NCBI GenBank assembly: GCA_038150265.1
Contig: JAYOTF010000003.1
Location: forward strand, 84,546-148,545
Length of the DNA: 64,000 bases
DNA from: Deltaproteobacteria bacterium
GTDB taxonomy: Bacteria; SAR324; NAC60-12
Direction: 5' to 3'
The translations under genes and the position numbers were made by a program. Below the pieces are notes generated by a model that saw only the letters and a list, made by a program, of their open reading frames with translations, had not been told where the DNA came from and searched no databases. Shown piece after piece: positions 31,005-41,476 of this stretch (its first letter is position 1; each line of letters starts with the position of its first letter).

Positions 31005-32294
31005 ATGAGCGAAACTGCCATCCTACAGCTTCCGGGTCAAACCGTTGAGCTGCCGATTCTGACTGGAACTGAAAACGAGAAAGCCCTCGACATTTCCAAG
31101 CTCCGTGCCGAATCCGGATACATCACGCTGGATACCGGCTTCATGAACACCGGCGCCTGCCAGAGCGCCATCACCTTTCTGGATGGAGAGCAGGGCATCC
31201 TGCGTTACCGCGGGTACCCCATTGAACAGCTGGCGGAAAAGTCCACCTTTGTGGAAGTCGCCTACCTGCTGATCTACGGCGAGCTGCCCACCGAAAGCCA
31301 ACTGGCCAACTTCTCCCAGCTGCTCACCCAGCACTCCCTCATTCATGAGGACATGCGGCACTTCTTTGAAGGCTTCTCCCGCAACACGCACCCGATGGTC
31401 ATCCTCTCGGCCATGGTCTCCTCCCTCTCGGCCTACTACTCGGAAGCGACCGGACGGGCCTCGGTGAAGAACCTGGACATCAACGCCGCTCGGCTGCTGG
31501 CCAAGATCCGGACCATTGCCGCCTTCTCCTACAAGAAGAGCATTGGGCAACCCTTCGTCTACCCGCAGGACCGCCTTCCCTATGTGGCCAACTTCCTGAA
31601 CATGATGTTCAGCGTCCCGGCAGAAGACTACGAGGTCGATCCGGAAGTCGTCAGGGCCCTCGACCTGCTGCTCATCCTCCATGCGGACCATGAGCAGAAC
31701 TGCTCCGCTTCCACCGTCCGGGTGGTCGGCAGCAGCATGGCCAATGTCTATGCCTCGGTGGCCTCCGGCATCCTGGCGCTCTGGGGCCCACTTCACGGTG
31801 GTGCCAACCAGGCGGTGCTGGAGATGCTGGCCACCATTCACAAGGATGGCGGAGACGTTTCGAAATTCGTCAAGCTGGCCAAGGATCCGGATTCCGACTT
31901 CCGCCTGATGGGCTTCGGTCACCGCGTCTACAAGAACTACGACCCCCGCGCCAAGATCATCAAGGGGGCCTGCGACAACGTCCTCAAGCGCCTCGGTGTC
32001 AACGACCCGCTGCTCGACATTGCTCGGCAGCTGGAAGAGGTCGCGCTCTCCGATTCCTACTTTGTGGACCGCAAGCTCTACCCGAATGTGGACTTTTACA
32101 GCGGGATCATCTACCGCGCCATTGGCATCCCGGAGAACATGTTCACCGTGATGTTCGCCCTGGGGCGCATTCCGGGCTGGATCGCCCAGTGGAAGGAGAT
32201 GCACGAGGACCCGCGCACCAAAATTTCACGCCCCCGTCAGCTCTACACCGGAGCGACTTCGCGGGACTATGTCCCCCTGTCTCAACGAGACTGA
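31005..32294 (+). CDS. gltA: Citrate synthase (type II)
   Basis: LHADHEQN, LHGGAN, GFGHRVYK and YPNVDFYSG; AAGGA RBS. Confidence 0.97.
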   Translation: MSETAILQLPGQTVELPILTGTENEKALDISKLRAESGYITLDTGFMNTGACQSAITFLDGEQGILRYRGYPIEQLAEKSTFVEVAYLLIYGELPTESQLANFSQLLTQHSLIHEDMRHFFEGFSRNTHPMVILSAMVSSLSAYYSEATGRASVKNLDINAARLLAKIRTIAAFSYKKSIGQPFVYPQDRLPYVANFLNMMFSVPAEDYEVDPEVVRALDLLLILHADHEQNCSASTVRVVGSSMANVYASVASGILALWGPLHGGANQAVLEMLATIHKDGGDVSKFVKLAKDPDSDFRLMGFGHRVYKNYDPRAKIIKGACDNVLKRLGVNDPLLDIARQLEEVALSDSYFVDRKLYPNVDFYSGIIYRAIGIPENMFTVMFALGRIPGWIAQWKEMHEDPRTKISRPRQLYTGATSRDYVPLSQRD

Positions 32295-32404
32295 CGTTCA
32301 CCCTAGAACGCTATTTGCATTCCGGAGTCTTCTGAACTGAAATCAGGGATTCCGGAACCTGTTCCCCATCCCCGAACCAGCATCACAACTGAGGAGAACA
32401 TCCG

Positions 32405-33415
32405 ATGGGCTCGGTATTATCACAAGGTGAAGTTGACGCGTTGCTCCGAGGCGTCGCAGGAGATGACATTCCTGTCGAGGAGGACGACGATGATGAATAC
32501 GACCCGAATGAGGTGGTTCCCTTTGACCTGACGGCACAGGACCGGATCATCCGGGGGCGGATGCCGACCCTGGAGATCATCCACGACCGCTTCGTTCGCC
32601 TGTTCCGGCTGACGCTCTCCAACGCCTTGCGGAAGGTGGTGGACATCAGCGTGCGTTCCACGGAACTGATCAAGTTCGGGGAGTTCCTCAAGACCCTACC
32701 GGTGCCGTCGTCCATGAACCTGTTCCGCATGACCCCACTCCGGGGCAATGCGATCATGGTGCTGGAAACCCGGCTCGTCTTCACCCTCATCGACCTCTTC
32801 TTTGGAGGAACCGGTGAGCTGGAGGTCAAGGCCGAGGGCCGTGACTTTACCGAGATCGAATCCCGGATGATCAAACGGGTGGTCATCAGCGCCCTGGAAG
32901 ACCTCCAGACCTCATGGCGCCCCGTCTTCCCGGTCCAGATCAACTACACCCGCTCCGAGGTCAACCCGCAGTTCGTGGCCATTGTTCCACACAGCGAGAT
33001 CGTCATCGTCGTGACCTTTGACGTCGAAATCGGCCGGGCTCCGATGTCCATCACCCTCTGTGTGCCGTACTCGATGATCGAGCCGATCCGGACCCGCCTC
33101 AACGCAGGCTTCCAGAGCGAGCAGGACGAGAAGGACAACACCTGGAGCAACCGCTTCAAGCAGAACCTGAGCCACACCTCTGTAGAGGTCGTGGCGCAGC
33201 TGGGGACCACGCAGATCAGCATCAAGGACTTTCTGGAACTGCAGGTCGGCAACATGCTCTACCTCGAGCATGAGGTCCGGCACCCGATTGATGTCAACGT
33301 CAACGGCGTCCGGAAGTTCACCGGCTTCCAGGGCGCATACAAGGGCAAGAAGGCGATCAACATTCAGGAGTTGATCTACGTGCCGCCCTCTGTGGACGAA
33401 ATCCTCTCACAATAA
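32405..33415 (+). CDS. fliM: Flagellar motor switch protein FliM
   Basis: CheY-binding N-terminus LSQGEVDALL, DRIIRGRMPTLE and EVNPQF. Confidence 0.95.
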   Translation: MGSVLSQGEVDALLRGVAGDDIPVEEDDDDEYDPNEVVPFDLTAQDRIIRGRMPTLEIIHDRFVRLFRLTLSNALRKVVDISVRSTELIKFGEFLKTLPVPSSMNLFRMTPLRGNAIMVLETRLVFTLIDLFFGGTGELEVKAEGRDFTEIESRMIKRVVISALEDLQTSWRPVFPVQINYTRSEVNPQFVAIVPHSEIVIVVTFDVEIGRAPMSITLCVPYSMIEPIRTRLNAGFQSEQDEKDNTWSNRFKQNLSHTSVEVVAQLGTTQISIKDFLELQVGNMLYLEHEVRHPIDVNVNGVRKFTGFQGAYKGKKAINIQELIYVPPSVDEILSQ

Positions 33416-33470
33416 CGTCAGGCGGGGCGAAACCGTCCCTCCTGATGCCGCCCTCCCGTAGTCGCGTACA

Positions 33471-34805
33471 TTGGAATCACTGCACCTTGAAATCACTGGA
33501 CTGACCGACCAGGGCGACGGCATTGGGCGCCTTCCGGAAGGTTGGGCCGTCTTTGTTCCCGATACCGCCCCCGGCGAGTTGGTTCATGCCGAGCTGCTGG
33601 AGCGGCACAAGCGTTTTGCGCGCGCCCGGCTCCTTTCGGTGGAGCGTCCCTCGCCCCAGCGCATCACCCCGGCGTGTGAAGCCGCTCTGGAGTGCGGAGG
33701 CTGCTCGTGGCAGCACCTCAGCTACGAAGCGCAGCTGGAGGCAAAGCGACGCCAGGTCGAGAACGCCCTCACCCGCATCGGCAAGTTTCACGGCATCCGG
33801 GTCTCTCCCATCCTCGAAACCGAACCCTGGGGGTACCGCAACAAGGTCTGCTTTCCGGTACGAAGCCAGGCCGAGGCGCTGCAGCTCGGTTACTACCGCA
33901 AGGGCAGCCACGACCTGGTTCCCCTCCAGTCGTGCCCAGCTCAGGACCCCCGCCTGGACACCGCCATGGCGCTTGTGCAGGAAGCCCTCAAGCCCCTCAA
34001 GTGGAGCGCCTGGGATCCCGAAACCGAGCAGGGCACCCTGCGGCATGTGATCCTCCGGGTTGGACGCCGCACCGGAGAGTTGCTCCTCACCCTGGTCACG
34101 CGCCATGAGGTCTTTGGCAGCATCCGGGAGCAGGCGCCCCAGTGGCTGGAAACCATCCCCGGCCTCAAGGGCGTTTGCCTCAACATCAATGCGCATGACG
34201 ACCAACGCATCCTCGGCAGCCGGACCGAAGTCCTCGCCGGGCAGGGGTGGCTTGAGGAGGAATTCGGCGAGCTGCTGTTCCGGATTGGCCCCGAGACGTT
34301 TTTCCAGGTCCACACGGAGCAGGCCGAGGCGATGCTCCGCTTCCTCATTGAGCACCTGAAGCTGCGTCCCCACGACTTCCTCCTCGACCTCTACTGCGGC
34401 ATCGGCACCTTCACCCTTCCGCTCGCCAAACAGGTCCGATCCGTCTTGGGGCTGGAGCTGGTTACCGCCTCTGTGGAACAGGCACGCGGCAATGCCGCCC
34501 GGAACAACATCACCAATGTGGAATTCCGGACCGGCCCCGTGGAAAAAACCCTCCGCCGGGTTCAGGAGCGTCCGGATGTCGTCTTCCTTGACCCGCCTCG
34601 GCAGGGCTGTGCTGCGGGCGTGTTGACGCAGCTGCAGCGGCTCCGTCCCCGGAAGGTGGCCTACCTCAGCTGCAATCCGGCCACACAGGCGCGGGACCTC
34701 AAGCTGCTTGGAGAGCGGTACCGCATCAAGCTGGTGCAGCCGGCAGACTTCTTCCCGCACACCCCTCATGTCGAGAACCTCATTCTGCTTGAGCGCACCC
34801 CGTGA
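33471..34805 (+). CDS. rlmD: 23S rRNA (uracil-C5)-methyltransferase RlmD
   Basis: TRAM domain, CGGC Fe-S motif, FFQV, DLYCGIG, DPPR, SCNP and FPHTPHVE. Confidence 0.9.
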   Translation: MESLHLEITGLTDQGDGIGRLPEGWAVFVPDTAPGELVHAELLERHKRFARARLLSVERPSPQRITPACEAALECGGCSWQHLSYEAQLEAKRRQVENALTRIGKFHGIRVSPILETEPWGYRNKVCFPVRSQAEALQLGYYRKGSHDLVPLQSCPAQDPRLDTAMALVQEALKPLKWSAWDPETEQGTLRHVILRVGRRTGELLLTLVTRHEVFGSIREQAPQWLETIPGLKGVCLNINAHDDQRILGSRTEVLAGQGWLEEEFGELLFRIGPETFFQVHTEQAEAMLRFLIEHLKLRPHDFLLDLYCGIGTFTLPLAKQVRSVLGLELVTASVEQARGNAARNNITNVEFRTGPVEKTLRRVQERPDVVFLDPPRQGCAAGVLTQLQRLRPRKVAYLSCNPATQARDLKLLGERYRIKLVQPADFFPHTPHVENLILLERTP

Positions 34806-34951
34806 CTTCCGGAATCGGGCTGTCTTCCCGCTTGTAGCTTTTCCTGAACCACGAGATGCTGAGCGCTTCACCGTCCCGCGTGGCAGGCCCGCCTTGGTCG
34901 CTGGGCTCCGCCTCTCTGTTGGCCACCTGATGAACATGATAAAGGAGTAGC

Positions 34952-36346
34952 ATGAGTGAGGAATTTCGCATTGAGAAAGATTCAATGGGAGACGTTCAGG
35001 TCCCGAACTGGGCCCTCTATGGCGCCCAGACGCAACGGGCGGTCGACAACTTCCCCATCAGTGGCATCCGGATTCCTCGCCCCCTGATCCGCGCCCTCGG
35101 CATCGTCAAGCAGGCGGCGGCCAGGGTCAACGGCGAGATGGGCAACATTCCGGCTGATGTCGCAGAGGCCATCCAGGCCTCGGCCCAGGAGGTCATTGAT
35201 GGCCAGCTGGACGCCCACTTCCCCATCGACATCTACCAGACGGGCTCGGGCACCTCGAGCAACATGAACGCCAACGAGGTCATTGCGCACCGGGCCATGC
35301 AGCTCCGGGAAAACCTTTCGGCCAAGGTCCACCCGAACGATCACATCAACTTCGGACAAAGCTCCAACGACACCATCCCCACGGCAATCCGGGTGGCGGC
35401 TTACGAAGAAGCCCGGAACACCCTCCTGCCAGCCATGCAGCACCTCCATGATGCCTTCCTGGCCAAGGGGAAGGAGTACGCCCAGGTCGTCAAGACCGGA
35501 CGGACGCACCTCATGGACGCGATGCCCGTGACCTTTGAGCAGGAATTCGGTGGCTACGCGCGGCAGATTGAGCTGGGCATGAAGCGTGTGGAAGCCGCGC
35601 TGGAGCGTGTTGCCGAGCTGCCGATGGGAGGAACCGCTGTCGGAACGGGCATCAACACCACTCCCGAGTTTCCGCCGCAGTTTGCAGCCGAGGTGGCCCG
35701 TGTCACCGGGTGCCCCTTCCGGGAGGCAGAGAACCACTTTGAGGCACAGTCCACCGTCGATGCTCCCGTGGAGCTGGGGGCCCAGCTGAAGACGGTGGCC
35801 GTCAGCCTGATGAAGATTGCCAACGACCTGCGCTGGATGAATTCAGGGCCAAACAGCGGCCTGGGCGAAATTCAGCTCGCTGCGCTTCAGCCCGGCTCCT
35901 CCATCATGCCCGGGAAGGTCAACCCCGTCATTGAAGAGTCCACCACCATGGTCTGTGCTCAGGTCATTGGCTTCGATGCCGCCATCAGCGTCGGAGGCAT
36001 GATGGGGAACTTTGAACTCAACGTCATGCTCCCCATGGTGGCCCACAGCCTGCTGGAGTCCATCCGCTTGCTGGCCAACACCTGCCGGAACTTTGCTGAC
36101 CGCTCGGTGTCGCAGCTGACGGTCCGGGAGGAACACATCCGGTCCCTCATCGACAAGAACCCCATTCTGGTGACGGCCCTCAATCCGCTCATCGGCTACG
36201 ACCTTGCTGCCAAGATTGCCAAGAAGGCCTTTGCGGAAAATCGGTCGCTCAAGGAAGTGGCCAAGGAGATGTGTGACCTTTCCATGGAAGAGCTGGAAAG
36301 CGCGCTGGATCCGGTCAAAATGACACGAGGTGGCTTCACCGAGTGA
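34952..36346 (+). CDS. fumC: Class II fumarate hydratase
   Basis: QTGSGTSSNMN, GRTHLMDA and GSSIMPGKVNP. Confidence 0.95.
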   Translation: MSEEFRIEKDSMGDVQVPNWALYGAQTQRAVDNFPISGIRIPRPLIRALGIVKQAAARVNGEMGNIPADVAEAIQASAQEVIDGQLDAHFPIDIYQTGSGTSSNMNANEVIAHRAMQLRENLSAKVHPNDHINFGQSSNDTIPTAIRVAAYEEARNTLLPAMQHLHDAFLAKGKEYAQVVKTGRTHLMDAMPVTFEQEFGGYARQIELGMKRVEAALERVAELPMGGTAVGTGINTTPEFPPQFAAEVARVTGCPFREAENHFEAQSTVDAPVELGAQLKTVAVSLMKIANDLRWMNSGPNSGLGEIQLAALQPGSSIMPGKVNPVIEESTTMVCAQVIGFDAAISVGGMMGNFELNVMLPMVAHSLLESIRLLANTCRNFADRSVSQLTVREEHIRSLIDKNPILVTALNPLIGYDLAAKIAKKAFAENRSLKEVAKEMCDLSMEELESALDPVKMTRGGFTE

Positions 36347-36537
36347 GCATCGAGACCCCGTCTTTGTCTCTGAGGAGCTTGGCTTTCAGGCTCCTCACCT
36401 CTGCTCAAATGGCCTCCCGGCCTCCTCTGGCTGTTCCACGTCCACGCTGATTGGGCTGTTGCGCTTGCGTGACGTCAGTGGATTCTGCCAGGTCGTCTTT
36501 TCGCTGTTCATCCCGCGTCCTCTTTCTGCACTGAGCC

Positions 36538-37671
36538 ATGTCACTACCTCGGGTTCTCATTATTGATGACGAGCCGACCATTCGCCAAAGCATCCGCCAG
36601 GCGCTCCGGAGGGAGCAGCTCGAGTTTTTTGAGGCGGAAAATGGCGAACAGGGGCTCCAGCTTCTCGATGAAAAACAGCCGTCCCTCGTCTTCCTCGACC
36701 TCCGGATGCCGGTGCTGAACGGCACAGAGGTCCTGCGGCGCATGAAGCTCCAGGCCGCTTCGCCTTACGCTGTGATCGTCGTCACGGGACACGGGGACGA
36801 CGAAGACCAACGGGAGTGCTTTCGGCTCGGCGTGACCGCGTTTCTGCGCAAACCCTTTCACCCCATCGAGCTACGCGGGCTCGTCAACCAGAGCCTTCAG
36901 CTCAAGGCCTACCAGCACCAGGTCGAGGCCCTGCTCAAGGCTCGGACTCAGGAGCTGCATGAAGCCAAGCAGCAGTTGCTGCACGCCGCCAAGCTCTCGC
37001 TGCTCGGGGAGCTGTCTGCCAGTGTCGCCCATGAGCTCAACCAGCCCCTGATGGTGATGGAGCTGTCCATCGGCAGCGCGCTGGAAAGCCTGGCGCAGCG
37101 GAATTATCAGGAACTGGGCGAGTCTCTGGAGCGGCTGCAGCGCAACGTCCACCGCGGCATTGAAGTCGTGAAACGCATCCGGGGCTTTGGGCGCGACACA
37201 GGCAGGGACGAGTGGGCGCCCTTTCTTCCGAATGACTGCGTCCACCACGCTCTGGAGCTGGTGGCCCCCACCCTGAAGTCCCGGAGCCTCACCCCAGAGC
37301 TGACCCTGGCGCCCGACCTTCCGGAGCTGTTTGGCGACAGCGTCCAGGTGGAGCAGATCCTGGCGAACCTGATCCTCAATGCCAGCGATGTACTGGAGGC
37401 AGTTCCGGAACCCTCTCTGCGCATCCAGACGGAACTTCAGGAAGACGGGGTGGTGTTTCAGGTGACCGACAATGGGGGCGGGGTGCCTCCGGAACATGTG
37501 GCGCACCTCTTCAAGGCGTTCTACACGACCAAGGCCTCCGGCAAGGGCAGTGGGCTGGGCCTGGCCATCAGCGCTCGCATTGCCGACCACCACAGCGGCT
37601 CCCTCACCCTTCGCAACCAACCCGGACACGGGGCAACGTTCGTCCTCACTCTTCCTGTGCCAGACGCATGA
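36538..37671 (+). CDS. Hybrid histidine kinase (REC-HisKA-HATPase)
   Basis: REC with LDLRMP; H-box AHELNQP; G-boxes DNGGG, FYTTK and GSGLGL. Confidence 0.9.
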   Translation: MSLPRVLIIDDEPTIRQSIRQALRREQLEFFEAENGEQGLQLLDEKQPSLVFLDLRMPVLNGTEVLRRMKLQAASPYAVIVVTGHGDDEDQRECFRLGVTAFLRKPFHPIELRGLVNQSLQLKAYQHQVEALLKARTQELHEAKQQLLHAAKLSLLGELSASVAHELNQPLMVMELSIGSALESLAQRNYQELGESLERLQRNVHRGIEVVKRIRGFGRDTGRDEWAPFLPNDCVHHALELVAPTLKSRSLTPELTLAPDLPELFGDSVQVEQILANLILNASDVLEAVPEPSLRIQTELQEDGVVFQVTDNGGGVPPEHVAHLFKAFYTTKASGKGSGLGLAISARIADHHSGSLTLRNQPGHGATFVLTLPVPDA

Positions 37672-40130
37672 ACTTCTCCGCTCCTGATCACTCCCTCTTT
37701 TCCAGCTACTACGCCCATGTGCTGGTGGTCGAGGATGACCCGGATCTTCGGGAATCGATGGGCCTCATCCTCAAGCAAAACGACCTCGGCCCCCTTCTGT
37801 GCGAATCGGCGGAAGAAGCCCTGGTCTGCCTGCAGCAGCAGCTTCCGGACCTGGTCCTCACCGACCTCACCCTGCCGGGCATGAGCGGCTTTGAGCTGAT
37901 CCGGCACCTTCATTCTCAGGAGAAGACCGCCAACATTCCGATCATTGTGCTCTCTGGCGTCAACCGGGAGCAGGCCTGGCGCAAGTCGATGAACCTTGGC
38001 GTTGAAGACTTCCTGCCCAAGCCCTCCAGCGCCAGCGACCTGATCCGGGCCATCAAGACCCGCCTCACACGCAGCAAGAGCCTCGTCGGTCGCGAACAGC
38101 GCGAGAAGCTCCGGACCGAACACAAGCTCCGCGACCTCACCGGAGTCATTCAACAGCTGGAGCAGGTTGAGCAGCGCAAGGACGCTGTTCTCCTCGTGCT
38201 GCAGACCATCCTCCGGGAATTTCACCTCAGCCACGGCGCTGTTTACTGGAAGGGCGAAATTGACTGGTTTGAGGGCGAGGACCAGATGGAGTTTTACGCT
38301 GAAGCCTCCCACCGGTCGCAGGACTCGGTTCAGTGGCCCCCGCACCTGGCCTCGACTCACCCGTATGTGGAGCAGATCATTGAGCAGGCGCACCCGCTGC
38401 TGCTCAATCAGGTTGAACCGCCTCCGCTCATTCCGGGAACACAGCCAAAGCGACTGGTGCTGGCCCCGCTGCTCGATCAGGGGGAGGTCACAGGGGTCTT
38501 GCTGGCCATGGGAGGACCCGCGTCTGTGGACTTCAACGACCGCGACAGCCTCTTCCTGGAGACCCTCGCCCGCATGGCGATGATGGCGTCCAAGAACAGC
38601 CACATGCTTCAGGTCATTCAGATCCAGGTGCAGACGCTGGAAGACCGGGTGCTGGAAAAAACACAGGCCATCCGGAACCTCCTCAACTACACCGGGCAGG
38701 GCATCCTGGCCTTTGGAGACGATTACCGGGTGCACAACGACTACTCGGCGCCCTGCCTGGAGTTCTTTGGGGAACCCATTGCCGGCAAGCACGCCCTGGA
38801 GTTGCTGTTCCCCGGCGACACCCCCGACGCGGAAAGCAGCCGGGCCGCCACCAGGGAACTGACCGATTTACTCCTGAGCGGCACCGGAACCCTCGACCTG
38901 TTTGAAGACTTCCTTCCGAAGGAAATCACCCAGGGCGAACGGATCCTGTCTCTCGGCTACCGGCTCATTCCGTCTGTTGGACACGAAGGCCCCAAGCTGA
39001 TGGTGCTGCTGGACGATGTCACACGGGAGCGGCAACTGACGCAGGAGGTGGAAGACGAGAAGGAACGGCATGAACTCATTCTGCGGGTGGCGCTGGACCG
39101 GGAAGGCTTCCTGCAGTTCCTCCGGGATGCCGAGCGCCTCTTTCAGCAGCTGGACAGCGACCTCCGGACCTCTCTGGAGCAGCTCGACCTCAACGCGGTG
39201 ATGCGGCACTTCCACACCCTCAAGGGCGGAGGTGCCAGCTACGGCCTCCGGCTGCTGGCAGAGCACGCCCATGCCCTTGAGGAGTCGCTGGAGCCCGTTC
39301 GGCGCCAAACCGAAGTCCTCACTCCAGAGCGCCTCCAGGAGCTGGTGGATGCCATTCCGGTCCTCCGGCAGAAGCTGGATGAGCAGCTGAAGGTGCTCAA
39401 GGGCACCGCGCTCGAGCGAGACCTGACCCGAAATGAGCGCAGCTTCCAGATCTCGGAATCGCGGCTTCACCAACTCAAGCGCGACTTCCTGGACCTCCTT
39501 CAGCGTCACCACAGTGCCCCTGAGCTCGGGGAGACCATTGAGGCCACCCTCACGCAGCTGGAGCGTCAACCGCTGGGGCCCGTCCTTTACAAGTATGCCA
39601 CTCAGGCTCGGGGACTTGCGGAACGGCTCGGCAAGCAGGTTCAGGTGCACCTCTCCGGTGAGGCAATTGAGGTCCGGCACTCTCCTCTGGAATCGCTCTT
39701 CAGCGCGCTGGTCCACCTGGTCCGGAACGCTGTGGATCATGGCCTTGAGGCGCCGGACGATCGGGTGGCACAGGGCAAACCTGCAGAAGGGAATCTCTGG
39801 CTGGAAGCGACGCTCGCTCCTACCGCACTGGAGCTGCGGATCCGGGAAGATGGACGGGGAGTGGATGTGGCTCAGATCAAGATGCGCGCCCTGGAACGGG
39901 GGTTGGCCACAGAAGAGGAGGTGGAGCAGTGGAGTGAGGCCCAGGCGCTGGACTGCCTGTTTCAGCCGGGCTTCACGACCAAATCAGCCGTGACGGCCAC
40001 TTCCGGACGCGGCGTTGGGCTGGATGCGGTCCGAGACGAGGTCCTCCGCCTGAATGGCACCATCGCCATCTCGTCCACCTTCGGCTCAGGCACCGAGTTC
40101 CTCCTCCAGCTTCCGGTGGACCGGATTTAA
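37668..40130 (+). CDS. CheA-like kinase: REC-GAF-PAS-like-HPt-HATPase, no CheW domain
   Basis: REC TDLTLPGMSG; HPt FHTLKG; CheA-type HLVRNAVDHG and SGRGVGLD. The protein ends right after the ATPase domain. Confidence 0.85.
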   Translation: MNFSAPDHSLFSSYYAHVLVVEDDPDLRESMGLILKQNDLGPLLCESAEEALVCLQQQLPDLVLTDLTLPGMSGFELIRHLHSQEKTANIPIIVLSGVNREQAWRKSMNLGVEDFLPKPSSASDLIRAIKTRLTRSKSLVGREQREKLRTEHKLRDLTGVIQQLEQVEQRKDAVLLVLQTILREFHLSHGAVYWKGEIDWFEGEDQMEFYAEASHRSQDSVQWPPHLASTHPYVEQIIEQAHPLLLNQVEPPPLIPGTQPKRLVLAPLLDQGEVTGVLLAMGGPASVDFNDRDSLFLETLARMAMMASKNSHMLQVIQIQVQTLEDRVLEKTQAIRNLLNYTGQGILAFGDDYRVHNDYSAPCLEFFGEPIAGKHALELLFPGDTPDAESSRAATRELTDLLLSGTGTLDLFEDFLPKEITQGERILSLGYRLIPSVGHEGPKLMVLLDDVTRERQLTQEVEDEKERHELILRVALDREGFLQFLRDAERLFQQLDSDLRTSLEQLDLNAVMRHFHTLKGGGASYGLRLLAEHAHALEESLEPVRRQTEVLTPERLQELVDAIPVLRQKLDEQLKVLKGTALERDLTRNERSFQISESRLHQLKRDFLDLLQRHHSAPELGETIEATLTQLERQPLGPVLYKYATQARGLAERLGKQVQVHLSGEAIEVRHSPLESLFSALVHLVRNAVDHGLEAPDDRVAQGKPAEGNLWLEATLAPTALELRIREDGRGVDVAQIKMRALERGLATEEEVEQWSEAQALDCLFQPGFTTKSAVTATSGRGVGLDAVRDEVLRLNGTIAISSTFGSGTEFLLQLPVDRI

Positions 40131-41443
40131 CCGGCTTCCAGCCCCAGTCGAGACCAGAGGGGGTTCAGCCAATCGGAGAGGGGGGCGTCTTCGAGGGGGG
40201 GGAGTTCCACGCCTAGCAGCACGTCCAGGGGGTAGACGTCCTTGCCTTCGGCATCACGGGTGCGGCCCCAGTTGAAGCCGTCCCGCCGGGCAAGGTCCAG
40301 GGCCGGGAATCCGGAAGGGCCCAGGGCCTTCCAGGTTTGTTGGAACCGGTGGAGGTACTCAAGCTGCTCAAAGCTGCCGAGACACGTCAGCCCATTTTCA
40401 AATGCCAGCAGGCTGAAGCAGATCAGCAGTCCGGGGCACAGCTCGTCACGCGCCACGGCTTCTTCCAGCAGGTGCGGCAACAGGTGAATGGAGGTCCCGC
40501 GACCATTCAGGTAGCCTCCCTGGAGGCTCAGCGGGTCGAAGCGCCGCTTGTTCTTCTTGAGGATTTCCCCAAAAAACAGCGCCTGATCTGCATCAAATTG
40601 CTGAAAAGCCACCTCCTGAAACTCCGGATTGAGGAGCAACTGATGCAGCGGGTGAGCTGGGTTGGGAAGCACCTCGTCTCGGAAGACATCCAGCACGACG
40701 CGGTTGAGGTCGATGAACACCACGTCTGGAGCCTCCAGGATCACCTGCAGCTGCGCCTGAGCAAATTGGCACATCCAGGTCGTCAGAGACGCTCCGGACT
40801 TTGCCGGTGGCAACAGGTCCTGCAGAGGCGCCGTCAGGTGGGGCAGGAGGTAGAGCATGCGCTCCGGAATGCGGGAGCCAAACACCCGAGCGTCACGCCA
40901 GCCTCCGGGCACCACGGCAAACCGCTTTTCGTCTGAATCCCGAGCACGATCCTGCTCAGCCTGCTTCAGGTCACGAAAAGCAGGAGCTTTGGCAGTGATG
41001 ACCTCCTCAAGCAGAAAGCGATCGCTCCAGTTCATGCATCCGGACCACGCCACATTGGCAAAGGGCACTCCGGACCACGCCCCCACCCAATAGGTTTCTC
41101 CTGCTGGACGTCCCTGCAGCGCCAACCGATGCATGGCCAGAAAGCTCGGGCCTTCCGAAACCGTCAGGTGCGTCGCCGTCTGCATCAGCCGGGTCCGCTC
41201 CAGCGAATCCACATGCCGCTGCACGTCCGGCTCCGTCACGCCTTGCCGTTCCAGCTCCTTCCGGAGCGCTCGCTTGAGCCCATCTGTGAGAGCCGGGCTC
41301 TTGGGAGGCGGGTTCCACAGCGACGCAGCATAGGCATCCAGCGAGTCATCAGCATGCTCCATGACCCACTGGGCCAGTTGAGGACGTTGCTGCTGCAAGA
41401 GGGCGTTGGCAAGCGGGGTCAGGCGTTTCTTTCGGGCAGGCAA
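40127..41443 (-). CDS. Hypothetical protein, possibly a remote BshC-like ligase
   Basis: 438-aa ORF with typical codon usage, downstream of the acyl-CoA synthetase. TTG start is uncertain. Confidence 0.7.
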   Translation of the reverse strand: MPARKKRLTPLANALLQQQRPQLAQWVMEHADDSLDAYAASLWNPPPKSPALTDGLKRALRKELERQGVTEPDVQRHVDSLERTRLMQTATHLTVSEGPSFLAMHRLALQGRPAGETYWVGAWSGVPFANVAWSGCMNWSDRFLLEEVITAKAPAFRDLKQAEQDRARDSDEKRFAVVPGGWRDARVFGSRIPERMLYLLPHLTAPLQDLLPPAKSGASLTTWMCQFAQAQLQVILEAPDVVFIDLNRVVLDVFRDEVLPNPAHPLHQLLLNPEFQEVAFQQFDADQALFFGEILKKNKRRFDPLSLQGGYLNGRGTSIHLLPHLLEEAVARDELCPGLLICFSLLAFENGLTCLGSFEQLEYLHRFQQTWKALGPSGFPALDLARRDGFNWGRTRDAEGKDVYPLDVLLGVELPPLEDAPLSDWLNPLWSRLGLEAG

Positions 41444-41476
41444 GCGGTCACTTCACAGAAAAAAGGGTCAACAAAA

